Assembly (NCBI GenBank): GCA_963718515.1 | Contig: OY970354.1 | Span: forward strand, 110,363 to 174,362 | Direction: 5' to 3' | Source of the DNA: an uncultured bacterium | GTDB lineage: Bacteria > Patescibacteriota > Minisyncoccia > UBA6257 > 2-01-FULL-56-20 | DNA: 64,000 bases | Shown here: one piece after another, positions 8,620-18,383 of the stretch | Position numbering within the stretch: the first letter of the stretch is position 1 | How the letters are laid out: each line of letters opens with the position of its first letter | Translations under genes and position numbers: made by a program | Notes under the pieces: generated by a model | The model's input: only the letters and a program-made list of their open reading frames with translations | Database searches by the model: none | What the model was told of the DNA's origin: nothing

Positions 8620-9495
8620 TTAAAGCGGCGAAAATTCAAATGCCAGATTGCCGGGCAATGGCAATTCGGGCTTGCGCTCCACGGCAAGGCCGACACGCCA
8701 ACCGTTGCGCATGCCTGGGTATTCCGGACCGAAATCGATACTGACGCCCTCGCCGGGGATGCTCCCGACCCGAATTCGCTTATTGCCCAAGACGGGGTCG
8801 GAGGTTTCGATACGGTCGGAAGTGTTGGCATAGAGATCGGGATTTGGATATTTTCCCGTAACCTCGGAGACTATCAAATTTTTCAGGGCCTCAAGCGCGG
8901 CAGGAGCAACCTTGTATTCCTTGGGAAGCGATCTTACCTGCTCGTCATAGGTTAATGGTTCAGAAAAACGTAACGGCATCTCGATAAGAACGAGATGCCA
9001 GCCAAGAGAAATGCTCACCAACCTTGCAAACGCCTCCTCTCTATACCATGCCTCGCGCCCATATTTGTAGAAACGGGGTGTGCCGTGTGCCGGGTAAAAC
9101 TCATGGAGCTTCATGATGGTCGTGTTGTCGGGAGCCATTATCATTCCATGGGTTTCGCGAACCATCTTTCCGGAATGAAACGGGCAGGGTGAATCAAGTG
9201 TTCTTTCGCCCCAAAGCTTAACTTCCATTGCTTGTTTTTGTTCGTGGATGAACGGAAGCCCGTGATAGGCTTCCCATTCGGGAAGGGCGAAAGATAATAT
9301 ATTCCGGGACTCGACCGAAAGGCGCTGGAGGACGTCCAGAATATTATAGGTGAGATCACCCATGCGGCCTTTTATGCGCTCCACGCTCTCGAGAGAAAGC
9401 TTCATGAGTCGAATTCGTGTCGCATCCGTGACCACATTGATGATTTCATCTGCACTCGCGCTTCTTTTTCCAGGGGCCGTCAATTTGGTTTTCAT
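8620..9495 (-). CDS. Hypothetical protein
   Basis: 291-aa ORF with a strong RBS (AGGAGGGG) upstream of the ATG and its own terminator. No family recognised. Confidence 0.55.
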   Translation of the reverse strand: MKTKLTAPGKRSASADEIINVVTDATRIRLMKLSLESVERIKGRMGDLTYNILDVLQRLSVESRNILSFALPEWEAYHGLPFIHEQKQAMEVKLWGERTLDSPCPFHSGKMVRETHGMIMAPDNTTIMKLHEFYPAHGTPRFYKYGREAWYREEAFARLVSISLGWHLVLIEMPLRFSEPLTYDEQVRSLPKEYKVAPAALEALKNLIVSEVTGKYPNPDLYANTSDRIETSDPVLGNKRIRVGSIPGEGVSIDFGPEYPGMRNGWRVGLAVERKPELPLPGNLAFEFSPL

Positions 9496-9668
9496 CCTTC
9501 ACCCCTCCTTTCATTTGAAATTGTCCGCCGTGCCCGATTGTTAAAGGACTCCTATTTTTTAGCAGATATGCATGGTTTGTCAACGAGCGAGATCCCATGC
9601 CACTTCACGTGTTCTTCATAAAACTATGGGCATAATGGGAGATATTCTCCCACTCCACTATTATTATC

Positions 9669-10082
9669 ATGCCCACAAAGAAGAACAATGAATGTCACGC
9701 GAGCATCTTGATCGTTGACGATAACAAGTATGCCGCGCTTGCGCTCGGAAAGCTCTTGGAGCGCGATGGCCACACCGTAGAGATCGCCTACGACGGAGAA
9801 GCGGCGCTTCGCATGGCACATCAATCACCTCCGGATGCGGTTGTTCTCGATATCAGCCTGCCGGGAAGGAGTGGCTACGAAATAGCACGCCTCTTAAGAC
9901 AGACCATGCAGTCTCCAGCGCTCCTTATCGCACTTACCGGCCACGGCCAGGAAGAAGACAGGCTTATGGCACGAGAAGCGGGTTTTGATCATCACATCAC
10001 GAAACCGGTCCTCTCCGCGGAGATAGAGGAGCTTATATTCGCCCATAAGGCGAATATTGAAAAAAGCCGGATGGGACGATAA
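9669..10082 (+). CDS. Single-domain response regulator (CheY-like receiver)
   Basis: 137 aa. ILIVDDN...DAVVLDISLPGRSGYEIA...LIALTGHGQEEDR...HHITKPV is the receiver-domain signature with the phospho-acceptor Asp. Confidence 0.85.
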   Translation: MPTKKNNECHASILIVDDNKYAALALGKLLERDGHTVEIAYDGEAALRMAHQSPPDAVVLDISLPGRSGYEIARLLRQTMQSPALLIALTGHGQEEDRLMAREAGFDHHITKPVLSAEIEELIFAHKANIEKSRMGR

Positions 10083-10094
10083 TATGCAATTGCA

Positions 10095-12167
10095 ATGATG
10101 AGAAAGCTTTTTACGCCGCGTATGCCGACGGCGCGGCAGTGGATCATGGGATGCGTCCTTTTTTTGGCCTATTTCTGCGCAAGTATTTTTGGTTCGCGCG
10201 CGTTCACGCCTCCGGCCGTCATTTCCGCCTCCGCGGGAATCGCGCTCGCAGGACTTGTTCTTGAAGGAACCATGCTGTGGCCCGCGGTATATTTAGGTGC
10301 GCTCCTTTCATACCTATTCGATCACTCCGGAAATTTCCAAATCTTTGTCTTGGCGCTCCTCCCCGCCGCGCAGGCCGCGCAGGCGATCATCGGCGCAACA
10401 CTCCTGAAAAAATTTGGGTTTGATCCGATGTTCAACCACATGCGCGATGCGCTCGCGATATTTTTTGTGGGAATCGGCATTGCGAGCATCACCCCGGCGG
10501 TCGGCATGCTCGCGTATTCGCTCAACCGATATTTTTTCCATACTTCGATCCCGGCGCTTACCTGGGGTTCCTGGTGGGGCGGCGTCATCGTGAGCACGGT
10601 GGTGGTAGCTCCCTTTTTAATCCGGTGGCTCTACCGTCCGTTCTTCCGTAGGACATGGGATGATGTGCGCGAAATCGCCATTATTTTTGCGGTGCTCCTC
10701 GTGATCAGCATCACCCTCTTCTTTACTCCCATGCACGAGATCGGCGACATCTCGCTTGTGTACTTCCTGCTTGTTCCGCTGTTCTGGATCGCGATCCGCC
10801 TTGGGCCACGCTTCATGACCCTCGCCATCGCTTTGATCGGCGTGATGGGTATTTCGGGGATATTTTGGGGAACGGCCATACCTCCCGCCGCGCTCGCAGG
10901 ACAAGCTATCTTTCAGACGCAAATGCTTATTATCACCCTTGCCGGCATTTTCCTGATCCTTGTGGCCAGCGAAGAGGAACGGAAGGAGGCGCTAAAACAC
11001 CTGCAATCGCACATTGCAAAGCTGGAAGACGAGTTCGGCGTGCTCAGTTTTCGGGATCGCACCAAGAGCGAGTTCCTCGCCATCCTTGCGCACGAGCTCC
11101 GCAATCCGCTCGCGCCGCTCGTAAGCTCGATCGAACTTCTGCGCCTTCAAGGCCTTGTCTCGACCGAAAATCTCCCCATCCTGGACGACATCGATGATCG
11201 CATCAAGACCATCCGGCGCCTCCTCGATGACATCCTGGATATTTCGCGGCTCTCGCAAAATAAATTCCATTTGCAAAGGGAATATATAGAACTCCAAAAG
11301 ATCATCGCACACGCCGTCCACTCCGTAGAAAAACAACTCGAGGAGCGCGAGCAAACCATCTCCATTAACATACGAAAGGAGCCAATGGCGCTCAACGTCG
11401 ACGCGGTGCGGATCGAGCAGGTCATTACGAACCTTCTCAATAATGCCTCGAAGTTCACGGGGGTAAAGGGAAATATCTCCATCTCAGCACAACAACTGGG
11501 CGGCACCGCGGAGATACGCATAAAAGACAATGGCATCGGCATCGATCCCATGATGCTCGACCAGATATTCGAGCCGTTCCGACAGGTCGAGGGAAGACGC
11601 ATGAACGACGGCCTGGGCATCGGCTTATCACTTGCAAAACAGCTCGTGGAAATACATGGCGGCACGATCGAGGCGCGAAGCAAGGGGCACGGGCATGGCA
11701 GTGAATTCATCATCCGGCTCCCCATCCTCATCTCCCCCGCACCGCAACAAGGAGATCCTGCGCGCGATATTTTTTCCAAGCCCGTTGCTAAAATAAAGGC
11801 GGCACACCGCGTGCTCGTTGTGGATGATAATACGGCGGCCGCGCATGGCGTGGGAAAACTTCTCCGGTTGATGGGCTACGCGGTGGATTATGCGTACACC
11901 GGCGCGGAGGCGATCCGGCAGGCCGAACAGCTCCACCCCGACAGCATCATCCTCGACATCGGCCTCCCGGACATGGACGGATACCAAGCCGCCGACAGCA
12001 TCCGGGAAAAAGCGAAGTTTTCGGGGATGCTGATCGCACTTACCGGTTATGGCCAGGACGAAGATAAACAAAAAGCCTACGCCGCGGGATTCAACCACCA
12101 CCTTACGAAGCCGATCGGCATCGCCGATCTTCAACGCATTCTCAATTCCCCGCCCATACAACCCTAG
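10095..12167 (+). CDS. Hybrid sensor histidine kinase (multi-TM MASE1-like sensor, HisKA, HATPase_c, C-terminal receiver)
   Basis: 690 aa. About 8 predicted TM helices, H-box FLAILAHELRNPL, N/G boxes NLLNNASKFT ... DNGIGI ... GLGIGLSL, and the receiver VLVVDDN...IILDIGLPDMDG...TKP. Confidence 0.9.
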   Translation: MMRKLFTPRMPTARQWIMGCVLFLAYFCASIFGSRAFTPPAVISASAGIALAGLVLEGTMLWPAVYLGALLSYLFDHSGNFQIFVLALLPAAQAAQAIIGATLLKKFGFDPMFNHMRDALAIFFVGIGIASITPAVGMLAYSLNRYFFHTSIPALTWGSWWGGVIVSTVVVAPFLIRWLYRPFFRRTWDDVREIAIIFAVLLVISITLFFTPMHEIGDISLVYFLLVPLFWIAIRLGPRFMTLAIALIGVMGISGIFWGTAIPPAALAGQAIFQTQMLIITLAGIFLILVASEEERKEALKHLQSHIAKLEDEFGVLSFRDRTKSEFLAILAHELRNPLAPLVSSIELLRLQGLVSTENLPILDDIDDRIKTIRRLLDDILDISRLSQNKFHLQREYIELQKIIAHAVHSVEKQLEEREQTISINIRKEPMALNVDAVRIEQVITNLLNNASKFTGVKGNISISAQQLGGTAEIRIKDNGIGIDPMMLDQIFEPFRQVEGRRMNDGLGIGLSLAKQLVEIHGGTIEARSKGHGHGSEFIIRLPILISPAPQQGDPARDIFSKPVAKIKAAHRVLVVDDNTAAAHGVGKLLRLMGYAVDYAYTGAEAIRQAEQLHPDSIILDIGLPDMDGYQAADSIREKAKFSGMLIALTGYGQDEDKQKAYAAGFNHHLTKPIGIADLQRILNSPPIQP

Positions 12168-12422
12168 ATGATTCCGTCAAAGATTGCGTCAATGACATCC
12201 ACGAGCTCATAGAGGCTTTCGCGATTCCGAAAAAAATCGGGGGAAGCGACGTGAGTGCTGTGAGCGCGCCGGCTTCTTCTCGCGGCAACGCTCACGCTTG
12301 CCGACTTTTTCCCGCGGATTGAAAAAGATATTCTCTTATCCCTCGCGGTTGCAGTGGGAGTAGTATTTGTGATCGTTCTGTTCATAGGATCACTATATAC
12401 GCAGGACCGTGAACTTATTATG

Positions 12423-12462
12423 AAAAAGACCGCCTACTTCATAAGTAGTAAGTGGTCTTTTT
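12423..12462. terminator. Bidirectional hairpin terminator
   Basis: AAAAAGACC...GGTCTTTTT outer stem with an inner CTACTT/AAGTAG stem, immediately downstream of the small minus-strand gene ending at 12484. Confidence 0.5.
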
Positions 12463-12483
12463 GCGACTCGATACAATAAAAGC

Positions 12484-12636
12484 CTATTTTACCGGATTCT
12501 CCCCACGGATGATCCGGATAAGAAACAGTATGATCGCGGCAACAAGAAGGATGTAAATGAATCCTCCTAACGTATACGAGGTCACGAGACCCAAAACCCA
12601 AAGTACCAAAAGAATAACAGCGATAGTAACAAGCAT
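12484..12636 (-). CDS. Small membrane protein, lmo0937/DUF5670-like (50 aa)
   Basis: Below the ORF-track length cutoff. Hand translation: MLVTIAVILLVLWVLGLVTSYTLGGFIYILLVAAIILFLIRIIRGENPVK. The two TM helices around a GG motif follow this family's pattern. Confidence 0.6.
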   Translation of the reverse strand: MLVTIAVILLVLWVLGLVTSYTLGGFIYILLVAAIILFLIRIIRGENPVK

Positions 12637-12785
12637 GATGGTGATAATTAATTAATGATCGCTCCCAAAAAGCTCCGACCTTTTTGTATCATAGGTAGTA
12701 TATTTCCCCGCCCGTGATTTTATTATGAAGTCTGAATCAGATTCGAGAACACCTCTGCGGGGCCGCTTTCTGTATACTTAGTACG

Positions 12786-13562
12786 ATGGATCAAAAATGG
12801 AATCTTCAACGGATACTCACGGTATCTCTCGGCGGGCTTTGGCTCTTGGACGGCGTATTACAACTCCAGCCTGCAATGTTCACGAGCGCGTTTGTAACCA
12901 CCGTCCTTGCGCCGAATCTACAAAGTCAGCCACTACTCATTGAAAATATCGTCGCGTTTGGGATCAAGATCTTCAGCCTGAATATTTTTTGGTGCAACCT
13001 CGCGTCGGCGCTCATCCAGCTTGCGATCGGGATACTGCTCATATTTCCCTTTCACAACAGCATACTCCGCTTCGGGCTTTGGCTCTCCGTGGTATGGGCA
13101 CTTATCATTTGGATATTCGGAGAAGGGTTTGGCAACCTCTTCACTGGCAGTGCCATTTTTTATACCGGCGCTCCTGGCTCAGCACTCTTGTATTTGATCA
13201 TCGCCCTCTTCTTGTTGTTTTCGTGGCATAAAAAACTGCCGCTCGCGGCAGGGATACTTTTTCTTTTATGCGCGTTGTTGCCATCCACTCCCATCTGGCA
13301 ATTGTGCGCACTCATATGCCTCGGCGCATTGCTGATATTCGTTCCCCGACGCCCCGTGGCGTGGGCTACGATCATATTCCTGCTCGTCGCCTGGTGGCTC
13401 GGCCAAAGCTTTGGGGGCCTCGCAACATTCCCGAGTGGCACGGCAACGGATCCGAATTCAGCGCCACTCTTTATATTATTCCTGATTCCGATATTTTTCG
13501 CCGCCGCTAATGCAGATCCGCTAGAAAAGCATCAACATCGCGATACATCTTCTCACAGATGA
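12786..13562 (+). CDS. Integral membrane protein, function unknown
   Basis: 258 aa with about 7 hydrophobic helices. No catalytic motif recognised. Confidence 0.6.
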   Translation: MDQKWNLQRILTVSLGGLWLLDGVLQLQPAMFTSAFVTTVLAPNLQSQPLLIENIVAFGIKIFSLNIFWCNLASALIQLAIGILLIFPFHNSILRFGLWLSVVWALIIWIFGEGFGNLFTGSAIFYTGAPGSALLYLIIALFLLFSWHKKLPLAAGILFLLCALLPSTPIWQLCALICLGALLIFVPRRPVAWATIIFLLVAWWLGQSFGGLATFPSGTATDPNSAPLFILFLIPIFFAAANADPLEKHQHRDTSSHR

Positions 13563-13920
13563 GATAAAACACTTCCGGCTTCTCGACTTCCCCCACGATC
13601 GCTACCCGCTTGCCTGCGCCATAGCCGATTCCCGCCTCGATGAGCGACGAATGGCCGGCGGGCAGGAGCACCACCACCATATCACTGCTCTTAAGCCCTT
13701 CAAGCTCGGAGTCGAAAATGCGCTTTATGTTCGGGTCGTTCTCCCAATTCTCCAGAGCGGCGCTGAAGGTTCGAAGCTCGTCCGCAATGGAACTACCCGT
13801 CGAAAGGTTCGCCCCGTTTTGTAAAAAAGAATATACCTCGTGTCCGGCTTTGGTAAGACCATCAGCCAACGTGAGCACCTGTTCCTGATTCCTCCATGGG
13901 GAGGCGATAAATATTTTCAT
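13507..13920 (-). CDS. Nucleoside 2-deoxyribosyltransferase-like protein
   Basis: 137 aa. MKIFIASPW ... SDMVVVLLPAGHSSLIEAGIGYGAGKRVAIVG follows the layout of this family (N-terminal IxxAGP-like strand, catalytic E in xxExGxAxxxGK). Confidence 0.55.
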   Translation of the reverse strand: MKIFIASPWRNQEQVLTLADGLTKAGHEVYSFLQNGANLSTGSSIADELRTFSAALENWENDPNIKRIFDSELEGLKSSDMVVVLLPAGHSSLIEAGIGYGAGKRVAIVGEVEKPEVFYLICEKMYRDVDAFLADLH

Positions 13921-13988
13921 GCTTTAATTATACACTTTTTACTATGAAGTCCAGTCTGCCTGTTAGCGCCACAAACGACTGTTTTTAT

Positions 13989-15023
13989 TTATGGGAGCAA
14001 AAACCACCGGGCAAATCCGCGCGGGAAGCGCACATTGATCGTGGTGCCCCGGCCAAGCTCGCTCTCCACCACGATGGTTGCACCGTGAAATGCCACGATC
14101 TCCTTTACGATCGCGAGTCCGAGACCAACGCTACCGTTCTTTTTTATGCTCACCACATTGTCCCCGCGATAGAACGCCTCGAAAATATTTGCGATGTCCT
14201 TGGGAGAGATGCCGACACCGGTATCTTTGACCGAAACGGTGACTGCGCCGAATTTTTTAACCACCGCGACCGTCACCGAACCGCGCTCCGGCGTATATGC
14301 GATCGCATTCTTCACAAGATTCACGACCATCTCTTCTATGGCGGTGGCATTTCCCGAAACGGTTGCCGTGCGCGGCGCCACGAGCGTGAGCGCGATAGCC
14401 TTTTCGTCTGCAAATTGCTTCATGAGGGTAATGGCCTTCTGCGCCACCTCCACAGCGTCGACGGCGGTGAAGGTGAGGCGGGTAAGTCGATTCTCGATAT
14501 TAGAAAAATTCAACAGAAACTCAATGATCTTCGCCATCCGGTCGAGCTCTTCAAGATTGCTTTGCATGCCCTCGATCAGTTCATCGCGCGAGAGCGCTTC
14601 GGCGCCGAGCAGGGTCGCTTCGGTATTGGTCCGCATCACGGAGATCGGTGTGCGAAGCTCATGGGAGATATTCGCCATAAAGCGCTTTTGCCGCAGCATC
14701 GCGCGCTTGACTGGCCGGAGCGTGATCCCTGCCAGCAGGTATGCGGAGAAGACCATTGCGATGATGAGGCATATCCCGATCGTAAGATCCATCTGCCCGA
14801 TCTGCATATCGATGACCTGCGTTATGACCACCGCCGCCGCATTCTGGTTCACCGGCACGCCGCCCGTAAGCATCTGCTGTAATATCCTGAGCACATTTTG
14901 CACGATCTCGGTAAGATCTACATAAATGAAAGATCCCGCGATCGCGACGATCACGATGCCGAGTAAAAAATAGAGGAATGTTATCTTGAGCCGCGCTTTC
15001 GTAAAAAGATCCATCGGCGCCAT
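13989..15023 (-). CDS. Sensor histidine kinase (HisKA + HATPase_c)
   Basis: 344 aa. TM segments, H-box FMANISHELRTPIS, N box VNLVKNAIAYT, and G boxes DTGVGI / GLGLAIVKEIV. Confidence 0.9.
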   Translation of the reverse strand: MAPMDLFTKARLKITFLYFLLGIVIVAIAGSFIYVDLTEIVQNVLRILQQMLTGGVPVNQNAAAVVITQVIDMQIGQMDLTIGICLIIAMVFSAYLLAGITLRPVKRAMLRQKRFMANISHELRTPISVMRTNTEATLLGAEALSRDELIEGMQSNLEELDRMAKIIEFLLNFSNIENRLTRLTFTAVDAVEVAQKAITLMKQFADEKAIALTLVAPRTATVSGNATAIEEMVVNLVKNAIAYTPERGSVTVAVVKKFGAVTVSVKDTGVGISPKDIANIFEAFYRGDNVVSIKKNGSVGLGLAIVKEIVAFHGATIVVESELGRGTTINVRFPRGFARWFLLP

Positions 15024-15697
15024 TATGCCGCAACGCGATACCCCACGCCGCGGACGGTCTCGATTGTGGTCGCATGATCAGCAACATCAAGCTTGCGCCG
15101 CAAATTTTTGACGTGCGCATCGATGATATTGCTCATGGCATTATCGGCAAAATCCCAAAGGTGGAGATAGAGATCCTCGCGATTGATCGCTTCGCCCGGA
15201 TGACGCATGAGGTAGTGAAGCAGTTCAAATTCCTTGAGGGTGAGATCGATCTTCTTTTCCTCCTGAACAACCTCCCGCTCGGCAAGCTTCATGACGATCG
15301 TGCCGACCCGGAGCTCATTGTTCAGACTCGCCGGCGGCCGGCGAAGGAGCGCGCGCACCCGCGCGAGCAATTCCTCGATGGAGAAAGGTTTTACCAGATA
15401 GTCATCGGCCCCGCTGTCGAGCGCGAGCACTTTGTCATCCGTCATGTCGCGCGCGGTGAGTATCAATATCGGAATGTTGAAGCCGCGTTCCCGTACGCCA
15501 CGGCATACTTCAAAGCCGTTCTTTTTGGGCAACATAAGATCCAGAATGACGATGTCGTAATCCTTGTGGTAGAGCTCGATGCGCCGCTCACCCGCCTCGC
15601 CATCAAGGACGTAATCAGCGGCATATCCGCTCCGCTCAAGCCCTTTTTTGAGGGAAAGCGCCAGTTTTTCTTCGTCCTCGATAATTAATATTCTCAT
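15023..15697 (-). CDS. OmpR/PhoB-family response regulator
   Basis: 224 aa. Receiver MRILIIEDE...IVILDLMLPKKNG...KPF plus a winged-helix output domain (LTLKEFELLHYLMRHPGEA...VRGVGYRV). Start-stop coupled with the kinase gene. Confidence 0.92.
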   Translation of the reverse strand: MRILIIEDEEKLALSLKKGLERSGYAADYVLDGEAGERRIELYHKDYDIVILDLMLPKKNGFEVCRGVRERGFNIPILILTARDMTDDKVLALDSGADDYLVKPFSIEELLARVRALLRRPPASLNNELRVGTIVMKLAEREVVQEEKKIDLTLKEFELLHYLMRHPGEAINREDLYLHLWDFADNAMSNIIDAHVKNLRRKLDVADHATTIETVRGVGYRVAA

Positions 15698-15997
15698 GAT
15701 ATTGATTACACCAGGAGTCTCATGAAATTATCATGAAGCGCAATTTCACTGAGATTTCATCCTATTTACGTAATATGGAACCATACCCATCGTTCGCCAA
15801 AGGTCGGCTACATAAAAAAATTATACACTACACAACCTATTGCGCTAAACAAAACATAACACAATTAAAACCCACGCGATAAAGAGTCTATAAAAAGAGA
15901 GTAACAACGCGCGTTGTTGGGATTGCCACGGGTCGCGAATGACGGCCTCACCGCGTACGATCGGAACAATCCCCGGCAGCAGCTCTTTGCGAACCGT

Positions 15998-16034
15998 CAT
16001 CAAAAATCTCCGCCCCATGCGGAGATTTTTGATG
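15998..16034. terminator. 16-bp perfect hairpin (terminator-like) upstream of ftsH
   Basis: CATCAAAAATCTCCGC-CCCAT-GCGGAGATTTTTGATG. Confidence 0.4.
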
Positions 16035-16106
16035 TAATGCCATCGCTCGCTTTGACCGTGATGAAGAATTCTTCTATAATTGTATTACATAAATTAACTC
16101 CATCCC

Positions 16107-17936
16107 ATGTCCAACCTTACTAAGAATATCATCTGGGCCATCATCACGCTTATCATCGTCTCGCTCATCTTTTCATATTTCATAGGACCACAAACTCCGA
16201 CGACGACGCTCAACCTCAACCAAGTGGTGACTGACGTGAACGCCGGTACCATAAAACAGATCAAAGTGAACGGCGACGAGCTCGATATCACGATGACGAA
16301 CGGCAGTGCGGCGACCGCGCAGAAAGAGGATGAATCCGGCATAACCGATACCCTGAAGAATTTGGGAGTGAATCAGCAGGCCCTCCAAAATGTTGACCTT
16401 GAGGTCGTGAATCAATCCGGCTGGGAATACTGGGCAACCATTTTGGTCGATCCGATCCTGACGCTTCTTATCATTGGCGTTCTTTTCTGGTTCATGTTCC
16501 GCCAGGCAAAGAGCGGTGTCAACCAGGCATTCAATTTCGGCCGGTCGAACCTTAAGCTCTCCAACATAAAGGATAAAGTCTTATTTAAAGATGTTGCCGG
16601 CCTCAAAGAGGCGAAGGAGGAGCTGATCGAGGTCGTCGATTTCTTAAAAAATCCTCAAAAATTCCTTGACTTGGGCGCGCGCATCCCCCGCGGTATATTG
16701 CTGATGGGCCCTCCCGGCACCGGCAAGACGCTCGTCGCCCGCGCCGTCGCCGGCGAAAGCAACGTCCCCTTCTTCTATATATCTGCATCCGAGTTCGTGG
16801 AAATGTTCGTCGGCGTCGGCGCCTCACGCACCCGCGACGCCTTCATGCAGGCCAAGCGGGCCTCGCCCGCTATCCTGTTCATCGATGAGATCGATGCCGT
16901 CGGGCGCCAGCGCGGCGCCGGCATGGGCGGTGGCAGTGATGAACGCGAACAGACACTGAACCAGATCCTCGTCGAGATGGACGGCTTTGACCGCGATACC
17001 CGCGTGATCGTTTTGGCCGCCACGAACCGCCCGGATATTTTGGATCCGGCCCTACTCCGACCAGGCCGCTTTGACCGCCGCGTCATCCTCGATCTTCCCG
17101 ACATGAACGACCGCGAAGCGATCCTCAAAATCCACGCGGAAGGCAAGAGCCTCGAAAAGAACGTCGACCTGCGCCGCGTCGCGGGACGCACCCCGGGATT
17201 CTCCGGCGCGGACCTTGCGAACTTAATGAACGAGGCCGCAATCGCCTCCGCGCGGCACAACAAAAAAGTGATCGGCCAGCCGGAACTTTTCGAAGCCGCA
17301 GAGAAAGTGATCATGGGACCGGAGCGCAAGAGCCGCGTCATCTCGCAGAAAGAAAAAGAGATCACCGCATACCACGAAGGCGGGCACGCTCTCGTTGCCG
17401 CTTCCGTAAAAGATGCCGACCCGGTGCAGAAAGTTTCCATCATTTCCCGCGGCTTCGCCGGCGGCTACACGATGAAGTTGCCGAACGAAGACCAGCATCT
17501 CAAGACGCGCAACCAGTTCCTCGCCGACCTCGCGATGATGATGGGCGGCTACGCCTCGGAAAAATTGACGTTTGGCGATATCTCGACCGGCGCATCGAAT
17601 GATCTTAAAGAAGCGTCCGAGCTCGCGCGCCGCATGGTCGTCAAATACGGCATGAGCGACCTCGGCCCGATCGTCTTCGGCAAAAGCGAGCAGATGATGT
17701 TCCTCGGCCAGGAGATCTCGAACGACAAGAATTATTCCGATCGCGTTGCGTCGGATATCGACGAACAGATCAAAAAATTCCTCATGCACTCCTACGACGT
17801 CGCCGAAAGGATCTTGAAAACCCATAAGAACGCGCTCAAAAAAATCGCCGATACGCTCATGGACAAAGAAGTACTCGAACAAGATGACTTTAATGCGGTA
17901 TTGAAGCCATTCAGGATCAAACCCATCGCGGCATAA
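16107..17936 (+). CDS. ftsH: ATP-dependent zinc metalloprotease FtsH
   Basis: 609 aa. N-terminal TM pair, Walker A GPPGTGKT, Walker [32 protein letters not shown], and zinc site HEGGHA. Confidence 0.97.
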   Translation: MSNLTKNIIWAIITLIIVSLIFSYFIGPQTPTTTLNLNQVVTDVNAGTIKQIKVNGDELDITMTNGSAATAQKEDESGITDTLKNLGVNQQALQNVDLEVVNQSGWEYWATILVDPILTLLIIGVLFWFMFRQAKSGVNQAFNFGRSNLKLSNIKDKVLFKDVAGLKEAKEELIEVVDFLKNPQKFLDLGARIPRGILLMGPPGTGKTLVARAVAGESNVPFFYISASEFVEMFVGVGASRTRDAFMQAKRASPAILFIDEIDAVGRQRGAGMGGGSDEREQTLNQILVEMDGFDRDTRVIVLAATNRPDILDPALLRPGRFDRRVILDLPDMNDREAILKIHAEGKSLEKNVDLRRVAGRTPGFSGADLANLMNEAAIASARHNKKVIGQPELFEAAEKVIMGPERKSRVISQKEKEITAYHEGGHALVAASVKDADPVQKVSIISRGFAGGYTMKLPNEDQHLKTRNQFLADLAMMMGGYASEKLTFGDISTGASNDLKEASELARRMVVKYGMSDLGPIVFGKSEQMMFLGQEISNDKNYSDRVASDIDEQIKKFLMHSYDVAERILKTHKNALKKIADTLMDKEVLEQDDFNAVLKPFRIKPIAA

Positions 17937-18058
17937 CAAATAGCCTCCTGCATCGTCTCTCGGGCACGGTGTCGCGATCTGCTGATCGCGCACCTCTTGC
18001 CTCGCCGCCTTCGCGGCTCCGGCTGTCCCTCGATCCTATGCAGGAGGCTATTTGTTAT
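17933..18058 (-). ncRNA. Candidate structured RNA / repeat element, copy 1 of 3 (21-bp outer hairpin enclosing the conserved two-hairpin core; core reads on the minus strand)
   Basis: Arms 17933-17953 and 18038-18058 are perfect complements. Reverse-complemented interior: GCC-GGA-GCCGC-GAAG-GCGGC-GA-GGC ... GGUG-C-GCGAUC-AGCA-GAUCGC-GA-CACC, which aligns with copies 2 and 3 with compensatory changes. Confidence 0.4.
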
Positions 18059-18132
18059 TCAGCACCATGGTTCACTTTGATATACTTAAATGTATCGGGA
18101 AAGGTCGATGTAAAGAGTAGTTTTTATACCCA

Positions 18133-18336
18133 ATGAAAACCATCCATATCATCGCGTTCGTCCTCCTTATCGTCGGAGGTTTGAACTGGCTCCTCGTCGG
18201 CTTCGGCTTCAACCTGGTTGATTATCTCTTCGGCGTCGGTTCGGTCCTTTCGAGGATCATCTATATTCTCGTCGGCCTCTCGGCAATCATCGAGCTCTTC
18301 ACCCACAGGAAGAATTGCAAGATGTGCAGTATATAG
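18133..18336 (+). CDS. DUF378-family small membrane protein
   Basis: 67 aa. LLIVGGLNWLLVGFGFNLVDYLFG...LSRIIYILVGLSAI matches the conserved DUF378 pattern. Confidence 0.8.
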   Translation: MKTIHIIAFVLLIVGGLNWLLVGFGFNLVDYLFGVGSVLSRIIYILVGLSAIIELFTHRKNCKMCSI

Positions 18337-18341
18337 GAAAT

Positions 18342-18371
18342 AAAAAATCGCCCAATGTTGGGCGGTTTTTT
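18342..18371. terminator. Bidirectional rho-independent terminator
   Basis: AAAAAA-T-CGCCCAA-TG-TTGGGCG-G-TTTTTT between convergent genes. Confidence 0.7.
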
Positions 18372-18383
18372 ATTTGACGCTAT

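Noticed and set aside
13944-14925. Plus-strand ORFs 13944..14882 and 14194..14925
   Set aside because: They are antisense to a histidine kinase with complete H, N and G boxes.
15890-16000. 51-aa minus-strand ORF (MTVRKELLPGIVPIVRGEAVIRDPWQSQQRALLLSFYRLFIAWVLIVLCFV) and plus-strand ORF 15914..16123
   Set aside because: No RBS, no recognisable family and conflicting frames. The start abuts a 16-bp hairpin. The evidence is not enough to call either one.
17223-17993. 256-aa minus-strand ORF, and 16775..17443
   Set aside because: They are antisense to ftsH, which is intact and unambiguous.
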